In this document: piece by piece, positions 1-9,955 of the stretch
Position numbering within the stretch: the first letter of the stretch is position 1
How the letters are laid out: each line of letters opens with the position of its first letter
Assembly (NCBI GenBank): GCA_039586365.1
Contig: JBDHKN010000005.1
Span: 32,001 to 96,000 of the forward strand
DNA length: 64,000 bases
Direction: 5' to 3'
Origin: Gemmatimonadota bacterium
GTDB lineage: Bacteria > Gemmatimonadota > Gemmatimonadetes > Gemmatimonadales > GWC2-71-9
Made by a program: the position numbers and the translations under genes
The notes under the pieces: model-generated
The model's input: only the letters and a program-made list of their open reading frames with translations
What the model was told of the DNA's origin: nothing
Database searches by the model: none

Positions 1-1590
1 GAGGACAGGTCGCAGCTCATAGTACATCCAGCGCATCCACGACAACTTCGGGCGCGAACGGAGGTTGGCGCCGCCGCTCAACTTCTTGATCCCGGGGCGC
101 GGAACAAATCCAAGTGACGGATCAAACGCATCACCGACCTGCATGTAGGTGAGTGCAATGTCCCAGGTGTCGTTCGGATAGTCGATCTTCGCGCCAAAGG
201 CCTTCTTGTCTCCCTCCAAGCCTTCGCGATCGGTTACCAACGCCCAGCCACCAACCAGGAAGTTCTTGTTGCCTGCAAAGCGTGACGTTTGATACACGGC
301 GTCGACACCGGTCATCCAGCTATTCGAGCGGCCTTCGGGATCACCGAAAGTGGCAATCGCTCCTATTGACGACTCCTCCAGAATGTTCTGCTCCACCCGT
401 ACCACGCCCATAGTAGCCGCCGGGACCAGACCGTCCACGTCACCGGTACGCACGGTGAGGCCACCAAAGTTGGTGTTCCCTACCCGGCCGTTCACCTTCC
501 CTCCCATACGGAGCGGCACCGTCTCTCCGTCGAACAATCCGATGCGGCGACTGTGAAACGGCATCAGATCGACCTGGTGGAAGCTCTGCAGACCAAGGCC
601 AAAGTCGAAGATATCGGCGCCTTCGAGGAAGAACGTGCGCTTCTCCGGGAAGAACAACGAGAAACGCGTGAGGTTGGTACGCCTGGTGTCTACCTCCGTC
701 TCGGCAAAATCGGTGTTGACGGTGAGTGAGGCCAACATGTTGGCACCGATCCGCTGTGTGACGTCGAGGCTCGGTTCCACTGAGCCTTCCGTGTCGACAT
801 CGAAGTCGGGCTTCTCGAACCCGGAGACTACAGCCGGACGAACGGTCAACCCCAGACCGAAATTGAAGTCGGGCAGACCTGTCAAGCGACCTGCGCGGAT
901 CGATTGCGAGATCTTGGCGTCGCGCGTGGGACTGGCCCACCTGCTGGTCTCTTGAAGCCGCTGGAGACGCCGCTCGACATTGAACCCCCACTCATCCAGG
1001 GCGGCGTTGAAGCCCAGACTCTGGATCGGAATCCGGACCTCGGCCGACCAACCCTCCGGACCACGGTGAGTTGCCGCTTCCCACACTGCATCCCAATCGC
1101 CGTTTTCCCCCTCTCCCTGGTTAGCAACCAGCGCGTCGTAACGGGCACCGCTCGGATTCAGCGCGAAGATGTAACCGGAACGACCATCCAAGAATGTGTC
1201 CAGGATGAACTTGACGTGGTCCTCGCTCCTGAGCTCAGAGTCTCGAGCCTTGGAGTAGCTGACGATCCCGCCCGGATCCGGATCGTGACACACCACGCCG
1301 AGCACGATGACACGAGAGTCGGCCAACAACCGAACCACCGTATTGCCGGCAAGTACACCACCCTCGACTGGCTCGGTCATAGTGAGTTTGCTGATCTGGT
1401 CCGCTCCCTGCCACTCTGGTTCGTCCAATACTCCGTCGAGGATCAGACCATCGCCGAGCGCTCCGATCCGGAGCGTAGGACGGCCATTATCCTGAGCAGA
1501 TAGACCCAGCGAACATGTGGTTAGTGCGACCAGCAGCGGTAGGACAGCGTTCGAAACGCAATGAGCAGATCTATGTCGTGCAAGACTCAT
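1..1590 (-). CDS. CBM9-like/DUF5916 family exported or outer-membrane protein (3' end runs off the window)
   Basis: Not in the ORF track because it is truncated. Manual translation from ATG 1590 gives MSLARHRSAHCVSNAVLPLLVALTTCSLGLSAQ...LDGVLDEPEWQGA...DHVKFILDTFLDGRSGYIFALNPSGARYD, a signal peptide plus a CBM9-like N-terminus. Confidence 0.75.
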   Translation of the reverse strand, partial: MSLARHRSAHCVSNAVLPLLVALTTCSLGLSAQDNGRPTLRIGALGDGLILDGVLDEPEWQGADQISKLTMTEPVEGGVLAGNTVVRLLADSRVIVLGVVCHDPDPGGIVSYSKARDSELRSEDHVKFILDTFLDGRSGYIFALNPSGARYDALVANQGEGENGDWDAVWEAATHRGPEGWSAEVRIPIQSLGFNAALDEWGFNVERRLQRLQETSRWASPTRDAKISQSIRAGRLTGLPDFNFGLGLTVRPAVVSGFEKPDFDVDTEGSVEPSLDVTQRIGANMLASLTVNTDFAETEVDTRRTNLTRFSLFFPEKRTFFLEGADIFDFGLGLQSFHQVDLMPFHSRRIGLFDGETVPLRMGGKVNGRVGNTNFGGLTVRTGDVDGLVPAATMGVVRVEQNILEESSIGAIATFGDPEGRSNSWMTGVDAVYQTSRFAGNKNFLVGGWALVTDREGLEGDKKAFGAKIDYPNDTWDIALTYMQVGDAFDPSLGFVPRPGIKKLSGGANLRSRPKLSWMRWMYYELRPVL

Positions 1591-1803
1591 CTGGCTTCTC
1601 AGATATGCAGTGTAAGTGTCGGCTATTGACTACCGGCTGCGCAGGATGGACTCCGGGCCGACCAGAGGAACACAAGCGACACCGTGCGCATAAGTATACA
1701 CTGAGCCCGCCCTGGTGGCTGCGAATCACATGCGCCCGACGCTTTGCTGACGCGCGCGGCTCCAGACGGGCTGGTCCACGGCATTAATTGTGGCATTGAT
1801 GTC

Positions 1804-1838
1804 AAACGCCCCGGGGTGTCTCCTGCATCCCCGGGGCG
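1804..1838 (-). terminator. Putative intrinsic terminator
   Basis: 10-bp inverted repeat CGCCCCGGGG (1807-1816) / CCCCGGGGCG (1829-1838), followed by a short T run on the minus strand, downstream of 1909-3039. Confidence 0.55.
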
Positions 1839-1843
1839 CCTAC

Positions 1844-1906
1844 TGCTCCCCGCTCTCGGCTCCCTGCTCCCTGTACTCTGCTCCCCGCTCCCCGCTCTCG
1901 GCTCCC
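1844..1906. repeat. Degenerate 7-bp tandem repeat, 9 units (consensus NGCTCYC)
   Basis: tgctccc-cgctctc-ggctccc-tgctccc-tgtactc-tgctccc-cgctccc-cgctctc-ggctccc, directly after the stop codon at 1909. Confidence 0.85.
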
Positions 1907-1908
1907 CG

Positions 1909-3039
1909 TTACGGTGTAAACTCTCCGTGAATCCCCAACCGAAAGCCGCGCAACCAATACTCCACGCCCTGCAGTTTCGTTTGGCCGGTGACCGCATCAG
2001 CCTGGAGGACGACTGCGAACTTGCGGTTGGTCTGGAAGCGCAAGTCCGCACCGCCCCGCAGGGACAGACCTGCCTGCTTTGTGGGACCCGTCGGATTGTC
2101 AACTGGCGCTTGCTCCGAAGTGCGGAACTCGGCCCGCGGTGCTAGCGTCCCACGCCGCCCCATACGAAACTCCCACCGGGCTCCGGCGGCGAACAGGTTA
2201 CCCTTGGGAAGGGACTGGGCTCCGAGGACAGTGCTGCTGAGTTGCGGGTTGGTCCGATAGACGTCGAAGCCGTACACAACGAGCGAGGATGGCCCAACAG
2301 CTTGGTTGAGTGATAGATAGCCAACGATTCGATCGCCCACACCGTTTTGGACAACGCCGCCCAGCTGGTCTGCTCCCCGAACTGCGTAGATCCCCGCGAC
2401 TCGCAAATAGGTGCGCTGGCCGAGCGGGCCTTCGAGACCCGCCCTGAAGCGGCCCTCGTTGCCTGGTCTCAGTGAGGGGTCGCCGAACACGGCATGGTAC
2501 CTGAAGGCTGCTCTATACGTTGCACCAAAGCCCAAAGCGAAGACCCCCACAGGTACGGCACCAACGAAACCGCCGCCCACACTACCCCCATTTCCCAGCT
2601 CATTGGTGGTGAGCCCGATGATGTCACTCGAAATCGCCCCCACGACGGATAGCTCGTCCTGCCTAACCGTCTTTATACCGGTCGGGATGACTCCGTGGGC
2701 TATGACAGATAGCCGACTGGGGATCACCTCGACAGTGAGCCGCAGTTCGGTGTCAATCACGCCTGACATCGTCTGGTCACGTACTACTGTGGGATTCTGA
2801 GATTTCAGCTCGACGTCGGTCCACCCAGTCGAGATTGTGAGGTTGGTGCGGCGACCGAAGCTCGCATCAATGCCTACGGGGACGGTGAATTCGCTCAGGA
2901 AGTCGAAAACGAAACCGTCCTCGAATTTGTAGTGCTCGGCGAAGAATGCCGCGTGCGTGGCAACAGCAACCTGCCCCTCGAGTGGAGCGACGGCACACAG
3001 CAACGCCAGTACCGAAACTGTCTTGGCGGCGTGTCTCAT
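1909..3039 (-). CDS. Hypothetical outer-membrane beta-barrel protein
   Basis: Signal peptide (MRHAAKTVSVLALLCAVAPLEG), alternating amphipathic strands and an aromatic residue near the C-terminus (GEFTP). ATGA overlap with the upstream gene. Confidence 0.65.
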   Translation of the reverse strand: MRHAAKTVSVLALLCAVAPLEGQVAVATHAAFFAEHYKFEDGFVFDFLSEFTVPVGIDASFGRRTNLTISTGWTDVELKSQNPTVVRDQTMSGVIDTELRLTVEVIPSRLSVIAHGVIPTGIKTVRQDELSVVGAISSDIIGLTTNELGNGGSVGGGFVGAVPVGVFALGFGATYRAAFRYHAVFGDPSLRPGNEGRFRAGLEGPLGQRTYLRVAGIYAVRGADQLGGVVQNGVGDRIVGYLSLNQAVGPSSLVVYGFDVYRTNPQLSSTVLGAQSLPKGNLFAAGARWEFRMGRRGTLAPRAEFRTSEQAPVDNPTGPTKQAGLSLRGGADLRFQTNRKFAVVLQADAVTGQTKLQGVEYWLRGFRLGIHGEFTP

Positions 3040-4412
3040 GGTAGCCTGAAGATGATGCGGACAGTGCCCACCGTGATGGGTGATTGACCTTGGTTTGCGA
3101 CGGTTGTGCCCGGATTAGAGGCCGTTGTCTGAGCCCCCCTGGCCGTTGTCTGCGTCTGATCGACGACCCGCACCAACTCCGCCTGTGTCGCGGCGACGTC
3201 CAATTCCGCGGCACCGATGGCTTGGTTGGCCGCATCCTCAAATGTGGCCACGAACACGGCATCGGGAGCTGGGACGCTTTCGGCGGCATTCACTGTCACA
3301 CTAGTCGGGGCAGCTGCCTCAACGACGGGGGCCATTGTGTTCGCTTCAAACCGGTCGCGAGCCATCTGGAAATCCGGATCTTCGCGAACTGCGTCGGCAT
3401 AGTATTGGGCGGCCGCCGAGTAGTTTCCCCTGTCTTCCTCCAGTAGGCCGTGCGAATAGGCCAGAAACGCAAGCATGCTCTGAGTTCCGTTCTCCAGAAT
3501 GAGGCGCCGCTCCGCAGCGGAGAGCAGGTAGCCCATCTGACCTGCGAGTGCCACCACCAGTTCCTTCTCCAGCCGCATCAGATCCTGCTTGCGACCGGCG
3601 AAGTACTGGGTCCCCGCAATTTCCCCGGTCGACTGCACCACAGACGCTTCGAGCCGCATTTGGCCTTCCGGAGGGATCGCTGCTAGGCCTTGAACCAGGC
3701 GTCCAGCCTGAAGCAGCCGCCCTATTCTCGACGCTGTAGTAGGGTCCACCTGTTGAGTCTGAGACAGCGCCAGCTCATCCATCAGCACACCCACCTGCAG
3801 TCGCTCCACCATCCTGAATCGCTGCAACAGCGCCAGGTCGGAAGTGAGCATCTGCGCAAGGCCGCGAGACAGAGGTTGGTACATCGAGTCGGCGGCAATC
3901 TCGAGTGGTAACACGGCAACGACCTCGGGATCGGCAGGTACCTGCGCCAGCTCGGCCTCTCGAGCAAGTGCGGCTTGCGCGGCTTGCGTTGTCTTGGCCC
4001 GCACCGCAAGAAGCTCACGGGCACCCACAGCCGCAGCACCGGCTGCACCACCGTAATCCCCGATATAGGAGCGGTACAGCTCAATTGCCTCCTCGTAGTT
4101 GCCAGCTCGTTCGGAACACTGGCCGACAACGAGCGGCCCGAGTGCATTCCTCGGTTGCAGCCGCATTCCGGCACGCGCCACCACTACTGCGGTATCACAC
4201 TGCTCGGCCACGAAGAGAGCTGCTGCGTAACGCAGCAGCGTTGTGCCGTTGTCAGGATCTTGCGCCAACCGCTGCTCTAGCACAGGAATCTCGTTGGGCG
4301 ATACTTCCGTAAACTGCCCGCTCCCACACCCGATCGATGCGACTGTGGCCACTGTGAAGAGAACCGATGCTGAACGGAATTGCACACTGAGGCGGGCAGA
4401 TGCATCACCCAT
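3036..4412 (-). CDS. TPR-repeat lipoprotein with a CsgG/TolB-N/FlgO-like domain
   Basis: Lipobox-like VASIG-C, TPR-like helices, and VAVLPL...SRGLAQMLTSDL...FRMVERLQV...TASRIGRLLQAGRLVQG, typical of CsgG-like domains. Start placed at ATG 4412. Confidence 0.7.
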   Translation of the reverse strand: MGDASARLSVQFRSASVLFTVATVASIGCGSGQFTEVSPNEIPVLEQRLAQDPDNGTTLLRYAAALFVAEQCDTAVVVARAGMRLQPRNALGPLVVGQCSERAGNYEEAIELYRSYIGDYGGAAGAAAVGARELLAVRAKTTQAAQAALAREAELAQVPADPEVVAVLPLEIAADSMYQPLSRGLAQMLTSDLALLQRFRMVERLQVGVLMDELALSQTQQVDPTTASRIGRLLQAGRLVQGLAAIPPEGQMRLEASVVQSTGEIAGTQYFAGRKQDLMRLEKELVVALAGQMGYLLSAAERRLILENGTQSMLAFLAYSHGLLEEDRGNYSAAAQYYADAVREDPDFQMARDRFEANTMAPVVEAAAPTSVTVNAAESVPAPDAVFVATFEDAANQAIGAAELDVAATQAELVRVVDQTQTTARGAQTTASNPGTTVANQGQSPITVGTVRIIFRLP

Positions 4413-4596
4413 TTCACAGCTCCGACACGCTGAAGTGCACTTAGAGAACGGGACCAAACAGCCTGATCCCGCAGGAGACTGAACTTGCTCTTGGTGTACT
4501 ATAACGTCAAGATGTCGGAGCAAGCCTCATGCCGTGGGCCGTTCGAGGGAACACAGAGGAAAGATCGGTGAGATTCAGAACAGCTGGGCGAAACGC

Positions 4597-4785
4597 TTAT
4601 CCAGCCTGCAGCATCTCTCGCATTCGGCGCGCCAACGACTCTATCTCTCTGAGCGACGTCGCAGTTTCATCATCGTACTGATCTGCACCGAGCAGCAGCA
4701 GCTGTGTCTCAGCCAGGATGGCTGAGAGAGGATTGGAGAGATCGTGCCGCAGTTTACGGATTCTCTCGTCCTGTTCCAGCGTCAT
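4597..4785 (-). CDS. Stand-alone HisKA (dimerisation/phosphoacceptor) domain protein, 62 aa
   Basis: H-box LRHDLSNPLSAI followed by a second helix; no HATPase domain. Confidence 0.75.
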   Translation of the reverse strand: MTLEQDERIRKLRHDLSNPLSAILAETQLLLLGADQYDDETATSLREIESLARRMREMLQAG

Positions 4786-5069
4786 TCAGCGATTGAGCGA
4801 TAGAGATCGCGGAAGTGGTGGTCCCGGAGATCACGCACGGACTGCCACAGGTCGTTTTCGTTCGTCGCACAGAAGATCTCAGCCGTGGCCGGCGCAGCAC
4901 CGATCTCCTCGGAACCGAATATCAATTTCGCACGCCAGGTGCCGTCTTCAGCCCGCCTGACCTGAAGTCTGAGTGGGATTTCCTCCCCGCCGTAGAGCAT
5001 CGGGGGAATCTCGTGCACAACAGGTTCGGACCGGTCTGAGGCCCCGTACCGCAGCGGATTAGCCTGCAT
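4782..5069 (-). CDS. Hypothetical protein, 95 aa
   Basis: AGGA RBS upstream, ATGA overlap with the HisKA gene, globular composition. Confidence 0.7.
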   Translation of the reverse strand: MQANPLRYGASDRSEPVVHEIPPMLYGGEEIPLRLQVRRAEDGTWRAKLIFGSEEIGAAPATAEIFCATNENDLWQSVRDLRDHHFRDLYRSIAE

Positions 5070-5203
5070 TTATTATCCTGTTGGTTTGCGCAAATATAAA
5101 AGTATCCTTGACTTACGCAATAGTGAGCAGGCGCTCGCGTAGGGACGGATCCGTGGCAACAACAGCACATGTAGGATCCATATGGAGCGGTGTTGAGGCA
5201 ACG

Positions 5204-6319
5204 CTACAAGGCAAACGGCACCGGCATGAAGGTCACCACAAACAGCAACACGGTCGCCCAACCGAGCGGGAATCGGCTCCTGGGAAGCGCTCGATGCCTG
5301 TCCAGCACCGTGGGATGGCCGATGTGGCCGCTACCCAACAGCAGCGTGAAGCCAGCCCAAAGCCACCAGAAAGGAAAGTCGAATCCCAGGACGATCAGCG
5401 AGAACCAGACCAGGATTCCTATGAACTTCTGTCGTTCCCGCACCAACGCGTACAGTACGTGGCCGCCATCCAACTGTCCCAAGGGAAGTAGGTTCAACAT
5501 TGTCACCAGCACGCCAAACCACCCCGCCTGAGCCAGCGGATGAAGCACAACTGTCCCTTCACCCACGAGCCACAGGCGGGCCCACTGGGTGATGAGAGAG
5601 TCGCCCAGGTAAATGCGATACTGGCCAAACACCACGACCAACTGTGTGGGGCCCACTTCATTGATTACGTCCGACCGCTGCAGACCTATGAGGAGCACAA
5701 AGAGCGCGACCACGAATCCCAGCCACGGCCCCGCTGCCCCGACATCCATCAACTGCCGCCGATCAACGACCGGACTCCGCAAGCGGATGAATGCACCAAA
5801 GGTCCCGATGACATTGATGAACGGAGGAGCGGGAAGGAAGAATGGTGGTGACGCGTTGATCGAGTATCGCTTGGCAACCACGTAATGCCCCATCTCGTGC
5901 GCCAATAATATGCCCATCAGCGCGACGGCGAAATCCAGCCCGACATCGACTCTCAGCTGCAGGACCCAGTGGATGAACTGGCTGCCGAAGTTGGGAACCT
6001 CTCGCAGCGAGACGGGTCCGGCTACATCTGCTCCCGAGAGCAGGGCCCCCCCCATCCACACCGTAAGGAACGAGACGGAGAACAACAGGCCGTGGAGCCA
6101 CCAGCGCTCCTTCGCGGTAGGCCCGATGCTCCTGATCAGTACCATTCTCCCAGCGCCATCGCCGTGCGCCCAATAGTGGGTTCCCGGCCACTCTTTGAGA
6201 GCGGCCGCAAACTCGGGGGACGGACCGCGGTGTTCGGGCTGCACGACCGCATCGATGATCTCGCGGTCACGGGCGGTGACAGTGCGCCAGACAGTGAAGA
6301 ATCTGACTAGCGGAACCAT
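5204..6319 (-). CDS. Site-2 protease (peptidase M50)
   Basis: HEMGH zinc motif, NLLPLGQLDGGH motif, multiple TM segments. Confidence 0.92.
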   Translation of the reverse strand: MVPLVRFFTVWRTVTARDREIIDAVVQPEHRGPSPEFAAALKEWPGTHYWAHGDGAGRMVLIRSIGPTAKERWWLHGLLFSVSFLTVWMGGALLSGADVAGPVSLREVPNFGSQFIHWVLQLRVDVGLDFAVALMGILLAHEMGHYVVAKRYSINASPPFFLPAPPFINVIGTFGAFIRLRSPVVDRRQLMDVGAAGPWLGFVVALFVLLIGLQRSDVINEVGPTQLVVVFGQYRIYLGDSLITQWARLWLVGEGTVVLHPLAQAGWFGVLVTMLNLLPLGQLDGGHVLYALVRERQKFIGILVWFSLIVLGFDFPFWWLWAGFTLLLGSGHIGHPTVLDRHRALPRSRFPLGWATVLLFVVTFMPVPFAL

Positions 6320-6486
6320 GCGGCCTCTTGACGCCCCCGGAAAACCTGGATATCATAACGTGCTTTCACATCTAGATACCCCCGAACTGCAATCCGACTC
6401 TCATTGTGCACGCGGCTGCGCCGCGCACCACTAGTGACTGCGCTTGACAGCAGTAGGTAACCCTCCTAAACACGGAGTCCCTTCAA

Positions 6487-7737
6487 GTGGACATCGCAGA
6501 ACTGAAAAAGAAATCGATCCCGGAGCTGCACGCGATGGCCGAGGAGTTGAACATCACCAACTACTCTGGCCTCCGCAAGCAGGACTTGATCTTTAGAATC
6601 GAACAATCGCTGTTGGACTCCGACACGGTATTGCGTGGTGAAGGTGTTCTGGAAATCCTTCCCGAGGGGTACGGATTTCTCCGCAGCCAGGATTGGAACT
6701 ATTTGTACGGCCCCGACGACATATACGTCAGTCCCAGTCAGATCAAGCGGTTCGACCTGCGTACTGGAGACACGATTCTCGGGCAGGTCAGACCTCCTAA
6801 AGATGGGGAGCGATACCTCGCTCTCCTCAAAGTCGAGACGGTAAATTTCGAGGAGCCAGAGAAAGCCAAGCACCGCATTGGCTTCGACAATCTGCGACCG
6901 AGGTATCCCGAGCGGCGCATTCCGCTAGAGCGCGTGGACGGGGATCTGTCCATGCGGGTCGTGGACATTTTGGCCCCCATAGGCTGCGGGCAGCGCGGTT
7001 TGATCGTGTCACCACCCAAGGCCGGAAAGACAATCCTCCTCCAGAAGCTGGCCAACTCGATCACCGAGAACAAACCTGACGCGACACTGATCGTCCTCTT
7101 GATCGACGAACGACCGGAAGAGGTCACTGACATGGAAGAGCACGTGGACGCCGAAGTGATCTCGTCCACGTTCGATGAGCCGGCAGATCGCCACGTGCAA
7201 GTGGCTGACATGGTGCTCGAGAAGGCAAAACGACTGGTCGAGCACGGGCGCGATGTAATCATCCTGCTCGACTCAATCACCCGCCTGGCCCGCGCTCACA
7301 ACGTGGTTATCCCGCACTCCGGCAAGATCCTCTCTGGCGGCGTGGACGCCAACGCCCTACAGAAACCAAAGCGGTTCTTCGGCGCAGCCCGGAACATTGA
7401 TGGTGGGGGATCACTGACCATCATCGCCACCGCTCTCATCGAGACCGGCAGTCGCATGGACGAAGTGATTTTCGAGGAGTTCAAAGGAACCGGCAACATG
7501 GAACTCGTCTTGAATCGGAGCATTGCCGATAGACGTGTATACCCCGCCATCGACGTGCAGCGGAGTTCCACTCGGAAAGAAGAGCTCTTGCTCGATCCAG
7601 ATGAGCTGAACAAGACGTATCTGCTGCGCAACTTCCTGGCGGACATGCCCACTGTCGAGGCAATCGAGTTCTTGCTCGAGCGGATGAAGCGGGCCAAGAC
7701 CAACCAGGATTTCTTCGCCACAATGCAGCAAGGGTGA
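6487..7737 (+). CDS. rho: Transcription termination factor Rho
   Basis: [15 protein letters not shown], Walker [27 protein letters not shown]. Confidence 0.98.
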   Translation: MDIAELKKKSIPELHAMAEELNITNYSGLRKQDLIFRIEQSLLDSDTVLRGEGVLEILPEGYGFLRSQDWNYLYGPDDIYVSPSQIKRFDLRTGDTILGQVRPPKDGERYLALLKVETVNFEEPEKAKHRIGFDNLRPRYPERRIPLERVDGDLSMRVVDILAPIGCGQRGLIVSPPKAGKTILLQKLANSITENKPDATLIVLLIDERPEEVTDMEEHVDAEVISSTFDEPADRHVQVADMVLEKAKRLVEHGRDVIILLDSITRLARAHNVVIPHSGKILSGGVDANALQKPKRFFGAARNIDGGGSLTIIATALIETGSRMDEVIFEEFKGTGNMELVLNRSIADRRVYPAIDVQRSSTRKEELLLDPDELNKTYLLRNFLADMPTVEAIEFLLERMKRAKTNQDFFATMQQG

Positions 7738-8225
7738 CGGGGCAGCGGAACGGCAGCACTGCGGGACGGCAACACGGATCGCCGCACAACCCCGGGGAGT
7801 TGCCGCTGCGGGGCCGCGTACTGGCAATCGACGTTGGCGATAAACGCATCGGTCTTGCACTCTCCGATCCCACACAAACGCTGGCTCAACCTCTCGCTAC
7901 ACTCACCCGCCGCGTCGGAAAACGTTTCCCGATGGGCAAGCTCAAGCAATTCATCGACACTCATCGCCCGGTCGCGCTGCTGCTCGGTCTGCCGCTTGCT
8001 CCCGACGGCTCGGAGGACGAACGAGCAGTCGCGGTGCGAGAGGTAGGCGCTCTCCTGATGGCGAAAGCCGAGCTGCCAGTTGCGTATTGGGACGAGCGTA
8101 TGAGTACCGCGCGTGTACACTCAGCGGTGAGAGAGTGGGGTGGTACACTTGGCAGGAAGGGCGACGTTGACCAACTGGCCGCTACTGTATTTCTCCAGAC
8201 TTACCTCGACAGCCGCCGATGCTGA
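7734..8225 (+). CDS. ruvX: Holliday junction resolvase-like protein RuvX/YqgF
   Basis: [31 protein letters not shown] motifs. Exact start uncertain. Confidence 0.92.
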   Translation: MTGQRNGSTAGRQHGSPHNPGELPLRGRVLAIDVGDKRIGLALSDPTQTLAQPLATLTRRVGKRFPMGKLKQFIDTHRPVALLLGLPLAPDGSEDERAVAVREVGALLMAKAELPVAYWDERMSTARVHSAVREWGGTLGRKGDVDQLAATVFLQTYLDSRRC

Positions 8226-9202
8226 AACGTCTCGCTCTGCTGCTGGCAGTCGCATCGATGAGTTTGATAGGTTGCAGTCGAGGCAACCAGGCCGATACCA
8301 CGGTGCGTGTGACGATACCTCGAGGCGCCACGCTGACGGCAGTTGCGGAGACTCTGTCCGCACGTGGCGTCATTCAGTCACCGAGCCTGTTCAGATTGTA
8401 CGCCAGGGTGACCGGCCGGGAACGGGCGATCCAGGCTGGCACGTACGAGTTCCAAACCGGCCTTTCACCGCGCCAAGCTCTCGCTGTGCTTGTATCGGGA
8501 AGAGAAACACTAGAAGCCTTGTCGATCCCTGAGGGACTCATGCTCTTCGAGGTGGCGGAACGGGTGAATCGGCAGATCGGCCTGCCCGCTGAGAGCTTGC
8601 TCGCTGCTGCTCGCGATAGTGCTCTAACGGCGACCTTGGGTGTAGAGGCCGAGACCCTGGAAGGATACTTGTATCCGAGCACGTACTATGTGCGGGTGGG
8701 AGCCACAGCTTCGGAGGTCGTGGAACAGATGGTGCGCGAGTTTGAAGCCCGCTGGCAACCGGAATGGAATGCCAGACTTGCTGAACTGCAGCTATCGCGC
8801 CACGAAGTCGTCACTCTCGCATCCATCATCGAAGGTGAGGTCCAATTCCCACCAGATGGCAGGTACGTGTCTTCCGTCTATCACAACCGGCTTGCGCGGG
8901 GCATGCGGCTGCAAGCCGACCCCACGGTCATATATGCTCTGGGGCGACGGCGGCGGCTGTATGAACGAGACTATCAGACTCCATCACCTTACAACACTTA
9001 CTTGATTGATGGTCTGCCCCCGGGCCCGATCGGCCAACCCTCTGAGAGCAGCATCGAGGCGGCACTGTACCCGGTTCGCACCAACTTCCTGTATTTCGTT
9101 GCGCGGACGGACGGGAAGCACGTCTTTTCCCGAACTTACCGTGAACATTTGACCGCAGTGGCAGAGGTGCGCCAGATGGAGAGGGAGCTAGGCGCGAGGT
9201 AG
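8219..9202 (+). CDS. mltG: Endolytic transglycosylase MltG
   Basis: LEGYLYP, LASIIEGE, LQADPTV, SPYNTY...GLPPGPI. Confidence 0.95.
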   Translation: MLKRLALLLAVASMSLIGCSRGNQADTTVRVTIPRGATLTAVAETLSARGVIQSPSLFRLYARVTGRERAIQAGTYEFQTGLSPRQALAVLVSGRETLEALSIPEGLMLFEVAERVNRQIGLPAESLLAAARDSALTATLGVEAETLEGYLYPSTYYVRVGATASEVVEQMVREFEARWQPEWNARLAELQLSRHEVVTLASIIEGEVQFPPDGRYVSSVYHNRLARGMRLQADPTVIYALGRRRRLYERDYQTPSPYNTYLIDGLPPGPIGQPSESSIEAALYPVRTNFLYFVARTDGKHVFSRTYREHLTAVAEVRQMERELGAR

Positions 9203-9207
9203 TGGGC

Positions 9208-9864
9208 TCAGCCGGGGGACTCCGATTCGACAATGTCGCGGAGTTCGCGGGCTGCCTTCTCGGCGTCCGGAACTCCGAATATGGCGCTAATGACGGCAAT
9301 ACCTTGAGCACCTGCTCGTAGGACGTCGCCGGCGTTCGACTGGCGTATTCCCCCGATCGCGATAACCGGCATACCGCGTGGCGCCTTCCGGGCTAGTGCT
9401 CTAAAGCCTGCGATCCCGATCGGATTACCGGCATCTGACTTGGTGTCGGTCCTGTAGATGGAACCAATACTCCAATAATCGACATCTGCCCGGAGTGCGT
9501 CACCGGCTTCTTCAAGCGTCCCGACTGATACACCTATTCGCATCGGCCTGGGAGCGAACTTCCGCACCAGAACCGGCGAGATGTCTGCCGCGCCGAGATG
9601 CACGCCGGCCGCCCGTGCTGCTAGGGCCACGTCGGCCCGATCGTTCACATACACGGGAATCGACAGAGAGGCGATAAGCTGTTGCGTAATCCGAAGGACT
9701 TCGTTGGCAGGAGTGCCTTTCAGCCTCACTTGTACGGCGGTTGCCCCTCCTGCCTGCGCCGCACTACAACTATCCACTATGGAGTCGGCCGTGAGAAACG
9801 GCGGTCCCGCGATGGCCAGTAGTCGGACGTCGAGTGTCATTAGGGCTGGGACAAACGGGCACAA
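9208..9864 (-). CDS. thiE: Thiamine-phosphate synthase
   Basis: QVRLK, VNDRADVA, GVHLG, TDTK, IAIGGI motifs. Start may instead be ATG 9840. Confidence 0.85.
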   Translation of the reverse strand: MCPFVPALMTLDVRLLAIAGPPFLTADSIVDSCSAAQAGGATAVQVRLKGTPANEVLRITQQLIASLSIPVYVNDRADVALAARAAGVHLGAADISPVLVRKFAPRPMRIGVSVGTLEEAGDALRADVDYWSIGSIYRTDTKSDAGNPIGIAGFRALARKAPRGMPVIAIGGIRQSNAGDVLRAGAQGIAVISAIFGVPDAEKAARELRDIVESESPG

Positions 9865-9955
9865 GGCTGCGCCATTGCAGATACTTAGAGTACCAGGTGG
9901 GTCCAGTCAATGGCTGGGTGTTGACAGCAAAATCCGGCACCGCAAGGTTGGAGCC

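Noticed and set aside
9581..9955. N-terminal extensions given in the ORF track (CDF, and likewise tyrS, yebC, queA, tgt, HNH and the pilins)
   Set aside because: They overlap neighbouring genes or regulatory elements. Downstream starts with an RBS or stop/start coupling fit the families better.
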